A DNA stretch of 54,925 nucleotides, counting the filler, from Sphacelaria rigidula (Eukaryota), in NCBI GenBank assembly GCA_964200075.2. It is 6 parts of 6 records of this genome, joined end to end, with 100 filler letters (N's around TTAATTAATTAA, not from the genome) between each part and the next. Parts side by side here need not be neighbours in the genome. Positions count along the whole stretch, not along the records: positions 36,686 to 45,755 come from CAXNAA020009375.1; positions 45,856 to 54,925 come from CAXNAA020009376.1; 4 more parts are not named here. One strand, given 5' to 3'. Below, piece after piece: positions 37,481 through 49,851 of the stretch (position 1 is the stretch's first letter; each line of letters opens with the position of its first letter). A program made the translations under genes and the position numbers. A model generated the notes under the pieces. The model saw nothing but the letters and a program-made list of their open reading frames with translations, was not told the origin of the DNA and made no database searches.

Positions 37481-37810
37481 CACGAACACATGGACATATC
37501 ACCACACACGTCATTTTCCCGCATAACTACTGTTGTGTCTTCATCGAACCCTTCGACTCCGTCTCGAAAGGGCTGCGTGGTCAATAGTCACATGACGAAG
37601 GCAAGAAATATATGAGTTCGCCCGCCCCATTCCCTCACGAGAGAGAGGTCATTAGTACACCCCCCCCTCCCTCGCGGGAGAGAGGTCATTAGTACACCTC
37701 CCTCCCCCCCAAGACAGACTAACTTGAACCCTACTTTGTTTCACCACTCTCCTACATGACCCTCGTCCCGAAAGGGGGGGACTGTCGACGGTTACATCGC
37801 GATGTCTCAC

Positions 37811-38189
37811 CTGCACGGGCGTATTGCCCGCCCCGTCTTTCCCACACATAGCCATTGGACACATCGTCAAGCATGCCCCAGCGGCTTGCCACAGGCGTGA
37901 TGTGACCATGTCGCCGCTGTACGCCGTGCCCTTACTCCGACCTTCTCTTGTTCTTCGTGTTCTTGGTTCGCTGTTCTGTATGTTTTCGGTCCCATTTGTT
38001 GTTGTTGTTCCACGTATCGTCATTGTCAAGGGCGGCGGGATGAACGACGACAGGCAGGTGAGCCGGGAGGGATACGGTATAGGGATTTGCGGCACAGGGA
38101 ATGGAACTCTTTAAATTGACTTGGTTAGTATACCTGTGGGTGGTACCAAGTGGAGAGACAAGATCGTGCATGCGTTCACACGCCTGCAC

Positions 38190-38225
<36 letters not shown>

Positions 38226-41200
38226 ATATCCTTGTTTTTCGAACAGACTATTAACGCGTTGCGCCGTAGATTTCTCCAGTTGAAACCAGAACAGCGTTCT
38301 CGATCACCTCGCTGCAAATGCACAGTTCTCGCTCAAGTCAAGTCAGGGGGATTTTCGGATTCATTTTTTTCTACACATCATGAAGCTTCAACCAGAGTGG
38401 ATAGCTGACGAGGATTAAAATGAATCTGCCAAAGCTTTTGCAATAGAACACCGACATAATATCTTAAGGTTATGATTGTTGCGTTGGGGACGTAGGAAGC
38501 GAATCACTGGGGGAGTACAAGTCCCTCGCAATACCACGGGGCTGGTCCACGTGAGGGGATGGGGGTTTACACTAAAGCACCGAGAAACCCGCCGTGTCTC
38601 GTCCAATGTCATCTCACTATGCTTCCAAACGTCTGTTATACATTTCAATCGTTTTCACAATCGGCCATACTCCCTGCATGCTGTAGTTTGTCCAGGAGAA
38701 ATGGGAGTAAAGTGTGCAGCATCCAGCCCAGAAAACCTCGCGATACTCGTCATCATCTACGAAACACAGAGGCGTTTGAACCGATACCGATATATACATC
38801 AATGGTCGGAACACACGGAGCTGTGAAAATCCTTCACAGCTAGCTGGTAAATGACCAATACCGCTTCTGTAACCCATGTAGTTCATCCGTTTTTTCGTCA
38901 GTTTCCGTATCCATTGTTTTTCGTGCGCCCTCGCTGGTTGGTGGAAATACACCAAACTATTCGCATCAGGTAATCTGTAGCACCAAGGTTGCGGTTCATT
39001 CCCTTGCCGACACCGTTGCTCCCACATGCGCCTCCTTCAACCCCACCTGCGAGCGTCGCCTCTGGTGAGCTTCATTGGCTGCAACATCCAGGGACATCCG
39101 GGTATTTCAAGAGGGTGACGGGGTGGTTTTTGACAGGGAGGTGGGGGCTTGTTCGTAGAACAGCCGAAAAGCTCACCAAGTCAACCATGAGTGTTTGAAA
39201 GTTTCGCGCGGAAAATGATTGGTCAGGAACGAGGCCCGGGAGGTACGGAGTAATCATTTCGAGAGCTGTGATTAGTCAGAATGGTCAGTATGCCAAACTC
39301 AAGAAGGACCCCAGCTAGACTCCCACGCAGTCTGGCTGTATTTCCCATATTGGTCATGACTATTGAAGCATAGATAACATGAGCAGAAGCAACGTGCTTT
39401 GCACTCTGCTCGTGGTCTTCGCCGCCTGCCTGATCCCTCTTAAATTGTCAGCATAGCTGCACGTAGCAGTCTTGTTGCGGAACACTAAACAGAGACACCA
39501 GCAGCATGCGGCAAACTTTGTGCAGTGGAGAGCGATGGCACGCTCACTGTTTCTTGCCGTTGTATCCAACGAAGACACACAACATACCAGTGTTTTCACT
39601 TTCCCATTATATACACGCTTATTTATTGTTGATTTTTGTTAATTTACATCGACTGTAGTATTCCTGTTGGATCAGTCATGCTCCACAGAATCAATTGATT
39701 TGGCACCCAGACAAGAACCCATCGTAGGAAGGGGGGTAATCACAACCGGGACGGACAGCTGGCGCCACAGACACATATCGCAAGCGGTTGCTGCTCGAAA
39801 CGTGCCCCGTAGCCGAACTTTGTGAGAGAATTGGCACTGATTTTTCAGAGATGCGGGCGCCACTGTGTGCACACGACGAGCACTGTACTGCTGACTGTGT
39901 CTGGCGTGGAACGAGACTTGCATTTCATGTCACTTTGTTCGCAACATTCTCCGCGACAGCTCGGCGAAGTGGAAGTTACTGGACCACCGAATATCTCACG
40001 TACAGACCTGGCACCACCTCAACGTAACTTCATACCGGGAGAAGGATAACATGGCGACCACCTCTACGGGTATCAGATTTATATCATGCGGGTACCGGAG
40101 GTTTTGGTCCAGTCTGTGAGGGGACGTAGCCTTTCGCCACGTAGCTTTTCAGCGGTTTTGGGCGGGACCCACAGTTCGTGCGAGAGGACCTGCACATCGA
40201 GCTGTCGCGCAAGTTGGAGCGCCAATATTGAGCCCAAAAGATTCTTTTTAGCTGTGCTTCGTGGAGCATTCATCCATGAGCGAGTGAAGCATCGTGCCAC
40301 AGCTGGCAGGAGCCCTTGCTGCCTCCTCGCTGGTTTGATATGGTACCCTCCAAAATTCTCATCAGACAATGAATGTAAAGTCAAAAAGTAATCTGGCCAC
40401 GCTGATAACCACCGTTGCAACTCACGCAGCGCCCTGAGCGCATAACGACACCGAACTTGTCGTTCTGACACTCCCCTGTGGAATCACCCAACATATACTC
40501 GAAGTTCCAGCATCATTACACACGAGGTGCACATTGTTTCGACGCCTAGCCTTCCAAAATACCGCGTCCAAATGATCGAAAAATACCTAGACCGATACAC
40601 TTGCACGCACTTGACCGCAGTGTATGAAAACCTTCAGAGGTTTTCCGGGACGATATTCCATGAATATGTACATGCCCGACATCTACATATTCATGAAAAA
40701 AAGGAGTTTGTGTAGCCAAAACACAGCTATTCTGAACACCAAATGTTGCATACCCCACCCAAGTTCATTTGAGGGGGGTTCGCAGTCTGAAGGTTAACTC
40801 TTTTGGAACCCGTTGACGATTTTTGCTACTGTGAATCGGCATCGTTTTCACTCATTTTTCAAGTCAAAATGATGCCGATTTACGAAAACAAAATTCGTCA
40901 GTGGGTTCATGCTATTATAGACGAATCTGTATCTTGATTTGATTTTGTATATTGGGTTTCTTGGCAGTCATACGCTGAAATAAAAATAAAATAATGTGAT
41001 TGACTGGACACAAAAATGAACGCATCATTTGAAACTTTGGTTGAGGGATTCTCCACCGTGGGTGGGTAACCAGCCGTGAAAGTTGGTACACTAGTTGGAC
41101 AAAATGACAGGCAGCATGTGCGCCGATCGGCGGTACGTTGGGCCCATGCACAAGGAGTAGCACAGCGATTAGCGCGTTTTGGCAATACCGTCGATACGCA

Positions 41201-44200
41201 CGGCTTTGCCGCAAACCAAACTCTGTGCCCTTACCCCTAAAGCATAACTCGACACGTAGATGGGCTAATAATAGCTTCCACATCATGTGCGGCTGGGCGG
41301 CTGCTGCGCTGGCAAACCGCATCAATCTTTGCTGGGTTACCCTGCGGATGATGACCATCTACAGTAGTGGGCGGTCTAACTACTCATTTTGTGGCATTTT
41401 GTGATTTTTTCGTAATTGGCGATTTTCTTGAGCTGTTTTCGCTTGCCACCGCATATCACATCGGGGAACTGAAGAAATTTGTATCCGCTCCACATTCCAA
41501 GAAGAAAACTCACCTGTACTCAATATTGAGTGACTTACGGGCTGACCGATCATCAGGGGTCCTGCCACGTTTCAGCCTAGATTCTTACTCTTCTGTATTT
41601 TCGGTCGATCGAGCCCGTCCTAATCATATTTGTAAAGAAAGAAATGTACAGTTTCGTTTTTTTGAAATCATGTTTACTCATTGCACTAGGGCCGAGAAAC
41701 TGTGTTTCATGGTCAATAACACCCTCCTAATGAACGGGGTATTTACTCGTTTCGCCCGATAACACCAACATACACTGACTTGGGCACTGTGTTCCGAGGA
41801 TGATCTGTTATGGTGTACCAAAATCTACCGACGTTAGCAATTTCGTCTTCTATCGAAGAGCAGCACGCGAAAAAAATACCAAAACACCCCTAAATCGTTA
41901 GACCGATCACTACTGTATACAAAACTCAGTCACATATAGCTTGCAGGGTTGCTCAGTTCCGGAGGCACGGTCGCTCGCGCGCTGCCGGCACTGCAACGCG
42001 CTGAAACTTGCGGCCACGTTCATGTGAACCACAGTTAACGAGCCCATGTCGCTGAATCTGGAGTTTGGCACTGCAGCAGTGCGGAAAGATGTGAGATGAG
42101 GCTATATTTTGTTCCGAGAAAAAACTTTCCTTTGGCACGACTGGGAGTATGAAGGGGACACAAACCCAGGTGCAAAGGCGCCGTTTCACTTGCGGTACAG
42201 TACTTCACGTCACATCACAGCACAGTGCTGTGCTACCCTGTAACGACGATAACTGCGCTGTGTTGGCGCCGAAGTGAAATGGAGTGGAGTGTAGCACAGC
42301 GTAGTACAGTACAGAACGGTGCAGACAGCGTAACAGTACGGCCGGTACAGCATGTGTCTGTCGGTACATTTGTGAGCTGCCTGGATGTAAATTGTCCGTC
42401 GTAAGCAGAATGTCTCTGGTGAAGGAAAAGGGAACGCCAACTGCGGTGAGTGTGCTCATGCTGACCATGTGTACGCCAGGCAAGTCGTCGAAGGAGCGAG
42501 ACTATAAATGCTTACAACTTCGAGGTTGGATCGCATCAACCAGAAACCAGGTCTGCCCGCTGTGTATCTGCCCGCTGTTTACTGTATATATACGAGTACT
42601 GTTGTAGCCCTCAGTACATCCACGGCAGCACCGTGAGTTTGTATGCACAGGCAAGAACGCGATGGGGCCAGCTTCTCGCAGTCAGCATACGGAAGCCTGC
42701 TGGGAAGAATGGGCACCCATCCCTGCATCTGAGTGATCATTTCCCCTTGTCGGTGTTGATGTATCACCCATATCGGGTTCGACAATGATACCAGTACAAT
42801 GCCACAGAACAGCAGTTGTGTACGCTGTACTTCATGCTCGGACAGACAACACAACATATCGTCAATGCAGTAGTCAGTGATACAACATTAAGGTACAGAG
42901 AGTACCCCAGCACAGCATCATCGTGCTGGGCATGACACATGTACCGACATGTGCCGGGCAGCTCCACGGGAGAAGACAATCATACTACCCTAGTTCACAA
43001 CAGAGGTCAGCCGCAGAATATACAAGATAGTTTGGCATGATCTTGAACGTCTCGTGCCGCTTTACTCCCTGGGGCACCCGATATGACAAGAAGACACTCG
43101 GCTCGGTCAGCCAGCGCTCAGCTGTCAGCATATACCTATACCTGGCAACAGCTCCTTCCTCTACTCATGATCCACGACAACAGGTCGATGACAGGATACA
43201 TGCAGGGCAAAAACCGCCAGAACATAGCTCACCTCACCACAATGAAAAGTCAGCACCGAAATAAATGCGTATGAAGATTTCTCTGTGCTGGTCCTTTCCC
43301 CACTCCTCGTCTCAGGACACGGAGCTGACGGACAGCCTGACCTCTGACGGCCAGCGGAGGGTTGACTTGGATTTAGAACCTCCATGATTCCCAATATATC
43401 CTGCACTTCTCTTCTCGGACCCGCTGGTGCGGATTAGTTTTCACGTGCGTCCAGAGGGTTTTCCATAATAATGTGGCTAGAGTTGGATGATAGCGATAGC
43501 GTCTTATGTATCCTAACGGTTTAGTTCACTGCTGCGTGGGGAGGAGGAGCCGGGGTAGTGAGGGAACACCGTTGCTATTGCACTACTGCAGTGCGCGTTC
43601 ACCGTTATTATGATGGGGAAGGTAAGAGACATGAAGAGAGAGGAGCAGAATGAGAGAGAAAGACAGAGAGAGACAAAGAGATGCCCTGAAAGATCATGAG
43701 GAACACGTGGAAACGGGCGGTTGTGTGCGTCTAGTCGCACAGCTGAAACAGGCCGCCTGAAGTCACTCACGTATGTGTACGTATACCTATTGCGTTTGTT
43801 ATTCCAAGATGAGATACGGAAGCCGATCCCACCATCCTTGAACTCGCGCAAGATTCATTGTAAGTCATGGCAACCATACTGAACACCCCCGCCAGTGTGT
43901 CCGCAGAACAGCTCATTGCACCCACTGCCAGACGTAATGTAGGAACAAGAAGCTCGCTGTTACTGTTGTGTAGCACTCGCCAGGCTCTGGTTGTACCTCA
44001 TCCTGATTGCGCTGTACTGTAGCCAGTAAACATGCGTTCGATCCTTCACTTCAAATTCTGGTCTCCAGTTGCCATCATGCGTGTGCGCGTGAGCGGAATG
44101 ATTCGCCCGCCTTCACGAGGCTACAATGCACCACAGATGGTACCTTCGGGTACAGGGAGCAGCTTCGCGAGCAATGCGTCCTTTCAATGGGCAAGCGGAG

Positions 44201-45450
44201 TGAGAGGGTATTCATTCTGCACTGTATGACTATCACCAGTGGAGGCGTTGTCTGATGTTGTGTGAGTTCAAGACGCAGGTTTTGCCAGGACCTCCTAAAA
44301 GAGCGGCTTGCAGAGCAAGAAACCGATATCAAGATGCTTCCAGTTATTTTCCCTGGCACGTCACAGCTGTCCTGCAAGAGCATGATAAATTGTATCGCTG
44401 TGTGCGTGCAGCTGTCTGTGTTTCGATGATGAAGCTTTCTGACACCTGAGCCACTATCGTACCGTGTAATATTACTGTGTGATGTATTTTCCGAGTTCGC
44501 GACGCCGATCTCCTATGGTATTGCAGTAGTGCATGCTCTGTTCTCATCAAGGCACAGCAAGGGTGTACATGTTCTGATCGGAGGTGATTCACTGAACTAG
44601 ACCTCTACTAATTGTTGGTGTCTTCACATTCAAAACCGCCCCGACATCTGCCCAGTATTTCTATTTCCGTACTGGGCATCTGATGCCGACGCTTTCCCTC
44701 ACAGGTCACCGGCAGATCACAAATGACCTAGGCAGCGTTTATGATGAGGCGATCAAATACGAAGTAAAGATAAAACATGAACCAGAAAAGTTAACACAAG
44801 CGGATGCCATACAAGACAGATGAAAAAAATTGAAAAAACCACGGTACTCCGGGTTACAGTAGTCACCGCCGCACACTCGTTTTTCGGCAGTAGTGCTCAT
44901 TCGTACTTTTCGGCGGCGTGTACTTGTACTTGTACAAAAACTTGAAAAACAACCATGGGAAACATCATCCTTATATTGCTTTGTCGTCAGGGAGCGCCGC
45001 TAGACGGTACTTGCCCACCCCATATTTGTTTTTTCCCTTGCGGCCTCTGGCATATCCTATTATATTCACCGCACTCTTCTCCAGGCACGGGGAGGGGGCG
45101 GGACGTTTTGTGCTGACGTGCCCCTCTATTCTTGTGTCGTATACTACGCGCTGCTGCAGCAGTGCCTACTGCACTGCGCGGCCTGTCGTTCCGTGATTGC
45201 CCCTCCCTCACCCCCTCTCCCCTCCTCCCCCCCCCCCGCACGCGTATCCCTCCATGAGATGGCCGTGTGACTGCGGCATGCAATATCATAAGTATAAGTA
45301 TACACCATCCCTTCGTATGCAAGTTTTCCGATCTATGTTCATCCAGATGAGGAGAGTATGGTCGTGTCTTGGGCCGCTCCGAATGGCAGACGAAGACAGT
45401 TGTCTTCCAATGCTTCTTCGATCCTTACTCGTCGGTGTACTCCCTACAAG
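37811..45450 (-). CDS. Scattered putative exons of an unidentified gene
   Basis: Splice-flanked open segments, e.g. 37916-37811 (GDMVTSRLWQAAGACLTMCP...), ~40475-40096 (RYALRALRELQRWLSAWPDYF...), ~42510-42375 and ~45440-45305. The exon chain is not fully resolved and no domain is recognised. Confidence 0.3.
40798..40908. mobile_element. piggyBac-like hairpin MITE, right end truncated (family of 46989-47106)
   Basis: TTAA|CTCTTTTGGAACCCGTTGACG...CGTCAGTGGGTTC. Near-palindromic and homologous to 46989-47106. Confidence 0.75.
41362..41915. mobile_element. Tc1/mariner-type non-autonomous element (554 bp)
   Basis: TA|CAGTAGTGGGCGGTCTAAC...GTTAGACCGATCACTACTG|TA. A second copy end lies at 18124. 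Confidence 0.85.
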
Positions 45451-45689
45451 AGAGCTAGGCGTAGTTTGATAACCTTGGAATCACTTGCTCTACTCGTTGA
45501 GACAGTTCCAGGGCATCCTCGCGTTCTCCAGTGGCCGCAGTTTTCACTTTGGTCGAACAATTGCAGAGATGGTCAAGTCTTCGCCCTTTTTGGGACCGTA
45601 CTCCCAGAAACATGGTGTTTGCACGCAAGGGTCTTTGAATGAATGACATCATTTTTACTTGAAAACGACTGACGATAATACCGAGTGAC

Positions 45690-45727
<38 letters not shown>

Positions 45728-45755
45728 ACCCCCCCACCCCCACCTTCCCCCCCCC

Positions 45756-45855
45756 NNNNNNNNNNNNNNNNNNNNNNNNNNNNNNNNNNNNNNNNNNNNT
45801 TAATTAATTAANNNNNNNNNNNNNNNNNNNNNNNNNNNNNNNNNNNNNNNNNNNN
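45756..45855. other. Artificial contig linker 5
   Basis: 44 N + TTAATTAATTAA + 44 N. Confidence 0.99.
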
Positions 45856-46094
45856 GGGTGCCTGTGGGCGCAGGTGGGTCAAGTTGCGGCCGGCCAACCA
45901 CCGAACGGCAACCTGCCACACTAAGAAGGGTGTAGACACATTACACTGCTTGTAGCCCAGGATATGTCCGCACTCAGGTTGTTGACATATTATACTGCTG
46001 CATTAGAACAGGGGTGGTGTGCCTGATGAGCACCGCGCTGACCCAACTCTAGAACCACACCACGGCCTGGGCCAAGGGTGGTAGTCCCTAGAAG

Positions 46095-46946
46095 GTGAAA
46101 TTCAAACCTGTTGCTGTGGAGGCAAAGGCTTGGCCGAGGGTGTACTTTCCGGTCAGGATGGCGTGGTTGGCACGCTGCGTCGTAACATTGGTGGCGCTCG
46201 GGCTCGTGTACTACAGTTTGCAGGTAGTGTGGGTGAGAGCGGCGATTGCAACGCCCGAGAAGCCCTGTTTTTGCTGGATGAGTGCATACAAGGCGGGGGA
46301 GGAAACTCCCCGTCACCACAAGGAGGTGGTGCATGGTGCTTGCCCAGGAAAGGTGCTTCATTTCAATTTTCTCAGTGCTGGCGAGGGTGGTCCGCTGGGA
46401 GATAATGGCTTGATCAAAGGAGATCGGTTCAAGTACATATTGGTAAGGATAGGTGACCCGGGCGACTTTGTGCGGTTGGAGTCCGCGGAGTCTTGTACGG
46501 CGGCGACGACGGTGAAGCATCTGTTGACATGGTGCAAAGCGCTGGGGCCGCAGGAGGGATGGGTCAGCGATACGGTATCGCAATATGAGAATCGTGTAGT
46601 GAGAGTGCTCAAAAAGGGGCTGATGGATCGCAGATTCGTGGTGCCCAACTCGCGGTTGTCACATCGTGAATGTAAGCGAATGGTGTGTGACATTGTTCGT
46701 ACGTTGAAGGTCATAATGCAGGGAGGAAGACTTGATGCCAATGCCTGGGTGCATTTGGTACCTGCCGTGCAGTGGGCATTGAACACTGATTTTCGGGACA
46801 GCTGTAAGAGCTGTAGCTATATCTATGATGCGGGGAGCGACTGTTCGAGTGGAAATGCCGCTCTACGGTGTGGACAAGATTGTAGCCGGAGAGCTGCTGT
46901 TTCTCAGGAGGTGCGCAGGAGAATTACAAGGCAGGCCATTACCTGA
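46095..46946 (+). pseudogene. Ty3/Gypsy pol remnant: RT N-terminus fused in frame to the integrase core
   Basis: KAWPRVYFPVRMAWLARCVVTLVALGLVY parallels KAKPCRYDPVKTGWLASFIAALVAFGL of the contig-2 element. PGKVLHFNFL...CTAATTVKHLLTWCKALGPQEGWVSD...PAVQWALNT parallels its integrase. Confidence 0.85.
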
Positions 46947-46988
46947 GGTGCTCGATGTTGCTTTGAGCGCCGGGTTGGGTAATGTCAA

Positions 46989-47106
46989 TCCTTTTGGAAC
47001 CCGTTGACGATTTTTGTTTTTGTGAATCGGCATCATCTTGAGTCATTTTCTAAGTCAAAATGGTACCGATGCACAAAAACAAAACCGTCAATGGGTTCCG
47101 AAAGGG
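46989..47106. mobile_element. piggyBac-like palindromic MITE (~118 bp)
   Basis: TCAA|TCCTTTTGGAACCCGTTGACG...CGTCAATGGGTTCCGAAAGGG|TTAA, with ~50-bp imperfect arms. Confidence 0.8.
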
Positions 47107-47120
47107 TTAAGGAACAAGTA

Positions 47121-48742
47121 CCGCAAAAGTGCGAGAGATGGCATCGGTCGGGGAGATGGCACCTGTCGGGAAGATGGCACGGGGGTGCCCAAAACAAAGT
47201 GGAAATGGCATGATTTAATTGTATTTTCGCACCGGGGTCCGTAAGATCACACCGAGGTGCGATCTTACCGACCCGGAACCCAACTTCGAGGGTTCCGCGG
47301 GTGCAGCAGGGCCGCTCATGAGCTGCTGCATGTACACACATGGGTACCTTTCACGTGTGTAGTGTTGTCAACATGTTGTCGGGGCAACATTACTTTGCGT
47401 ATGGTCACGGTTCAAGCAGGATGATGTCCGTTATTTTCATTTAATCCGCATGGAAAACCGCTCATTCCGTCCGAGCAAAGTTCGGTACACACCCAAATGA
47501 AGCAGCCAACATTTTTTTACCTTCACACCATATTGAAGCAGCCAAAATGTTTTGGAGAACTTGGCTCTGAACTGCTCTGCCTTCTCCGGCGTAGCAGTGG
47601 CTGATAGACCCCCACCCCCAAGAGCATCGGGCTTGATCTCCAGCAGCTTGTTCATGACCTCCATGTCTCCACAGCCGCGGTACTGCTTGCGCTGATCATT
47701 GATGTAGTAGGACTTGATCGACATCGGCGATAGAAGCTCCAGCTCCAACATTACACGACTTGGCATCAGATAGCTTACGTTTGGCCTGGATCATGCTCTT
47801 GATCTTCTCCTCCTCCTTCACCCACATAATGATCCGTTTTTTTGTCATTCCCCAAAATTTCGCCGCTACAAAGTTTCCTACCGGGTGGCCGTCCTCGCAG
47901 ACGACTCTCGTGAATTCTGCTTCCCTCAATTTGAACGCGTTGGTGTAGCTTCCTCTCTTTTCTATACCCCCAGACCTTTCGATTACGAAGCTAGGCTCTG
48001 GGTACTTGCGTCCTCGGAGGTTTTGTTGGCTGCCACCGTCCTTTTCTGCCGAGAGTTCATCGACAGCTTCTTCTTCTCCTGTTGCGAACGGTTCCGCAGC
48101 CCACGGGTCCGCACCCGAAGCCGAAGTAGGAGCAGCAGTAGCGGCATGGTCACTGGGCTGTGAGGAGGTGGTTTGGACACCTGCGTCCTCTGATATGGTT
48201 GGGTCGTGTGTGTGCTCTGCAGTACCACACAAAAAAATCGGCGGGACCGTGGCGGGAGATTCTTCTTTTTTCATCTATTTCGCCGCCTTTCTGGTTCGGG
48301 TTGTTGTGCCCGGTGTACAGCTAGCGGTGTAGATGTGTCTGGTGTGTGCTTCCTGTTTCTTCCCGTTATTACATCACACTTTTATCTGCTCGTACAATGG
48401 TATCGATGAGTTTCTGTAAGGCGGTATGGAGTGGGGTGACGGTGCGAGAGATGTTACCGGGGTGCCCGCTTTCAGCACTGCTGTAGCATCACCAGTATGT
48501 ATGTAGGCCACGGTTTGCATTTGTTTGGGGATCGCACCGGTCGGAGAGATGGCACCGGAGTGCGTTGAATAATCGAGAAATAATCATTTATTTGCATTTT
48601 GGCACCGGGGTCAAGGAGATGGCACCGGGGTCAAGGAGATGGCACCGGGGTCAAGGAGATGGCACCGGTCGGGGAGATGGCACCGGGGTGCGAAAAAAAT
48701 CCGAGACAAATATTCCCGGTGCCATCTCTCGCACTTTTACGG
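47121..48742 (-). mobile_element. pogo/Tigger-like DNA transposon, internally deleted
   Basis: TA|CCGCAAAAGTGCGAGAGATGGCATCGG...CCGGTGCCATCTCTCGCACTTTTACGG|TA (27-bp TIRs, 2 mismatches, TA TSD). Subterminal GAGATGGCACCGG repeats. Carries the transposase N-terminus on the minus strand. Confidence 0.9.
47437..48274 (-). pseudogene. Truncated, frameshifted pogo-type transposase (Brinker-like HTH followed by a CENP-B-like HTH; no DDE domain)
   Basis: KRGSYTNAFKL...GNFVAAKFWGMTKKRIIMWVKEEEKI fits the R-x-S-Y-x-x-x-F-K-L...A-A-x-x-F-G...W pattern of BrkDBD. It continues by frameshift into YINDQRK...FRAKFSK. Confidence 0.7.
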
Positions 48743-49201
48743 TACTAGTGGAATTGCTTGTTAAGAATGAGGAAGCACATCATGACTTGTATACCTGATT
48801 CGTCTTGTGGACGATTGTAGGTGGTGGTGGTGTGGGCCCTGGATCTGTGTGTTGTGTTGCTCTGGTTAGCACGCATGATACATGGTGGTTTCTGCAAAGA
48901 AGCTACTGAGTGAAATATGAGCATGCATGTGTGGCATTTTCGCTAAAGTATGGTATTAGTGTGCATGGTAACTGGCGAAGAGTCAGGGTGAGGCAGTTTT
49001 CAATATACTGCTCTGTGCTCGATGACGTGAACCTTTTATACTCCTATTCACACAGACACGCGGCGGAGTTCTCTTCGTGCGGTTTGTGAGCACTGACTGT
49101 AGGAGATGGTGATTGCTGCTGTTGGCCTTAAAATTAGCAGGAACTACGAAATGCGTAGGGTCGTATGTGCGCAAGGAAAACACGAGTGTTTCCAGTGGTT
49201 T

Positions 49202-49282
49202 GTGACGGTTTAAGAGACAACTAACTGGACTACTGACCAGTCACTGGTCAGTAGTCCAGTTAGTTGCCTCTTAAACCGTCAC
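49202..49282. repeat. Near-perfect 81-nt palindrome
   Basis: 40-bp arms with one mismatch and a single-nt centre (49242). Confidence 0.95.
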
Positions 49283-49851
49283 GAAAGTTAGTCGTGGGGG
49301 TTTGATCCTCGTCACTTTCACTCCGAGGAGGGCGATTCCCCTTGCCAGCGCTCTGTCGACTGCCATCAAGACCTCTAACCTTATCCCTTTCACCGTACCC
49401 TACAGTTACTCGTCAGCTATCGCTCCGTGACTCGGAGCGATGCAAGTAGCGTGATTGCGTGTTCGCGATGGACACTTTGGATCTCTTGAGAGTTGTTCGG
49501 AAATTGAACAAGCTCGTACGGCTGTCATCATATACTGAGGTAGGGATTGCCATTCGAGGTGAAGATTGACTGGTAGACTTCGGCAACAATGATGTCTGAG
49601 TTTATCAAGCTGTAGGTTGACTACTTGTTGGTAGTAGGCGAGCTTTGGGGGTGCTGTAGACTCCGGGCAACATGACTGCAGTGGAGAAATTGCATAGCAG
49701 GCGTTTATAGGCTGGTTGATGGATCACGGGTCTGAGAGTATGATCAGTGGACTCCGTGATGTATGATGTTTGCATACGAGGTACGCAGGTCACTTCCGAT
49801 AACGAAGATTGTGTGTTTGTGAACAACAACTGTCTTGAAGTCTCCAAGCCC

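Noticed and set aside
48600..48690. Short regularly spaced repeats as a CRISPR or iteron array
   Set aside because: They are head-to-tail copies of the transposon TIR motif with no unique spacers.
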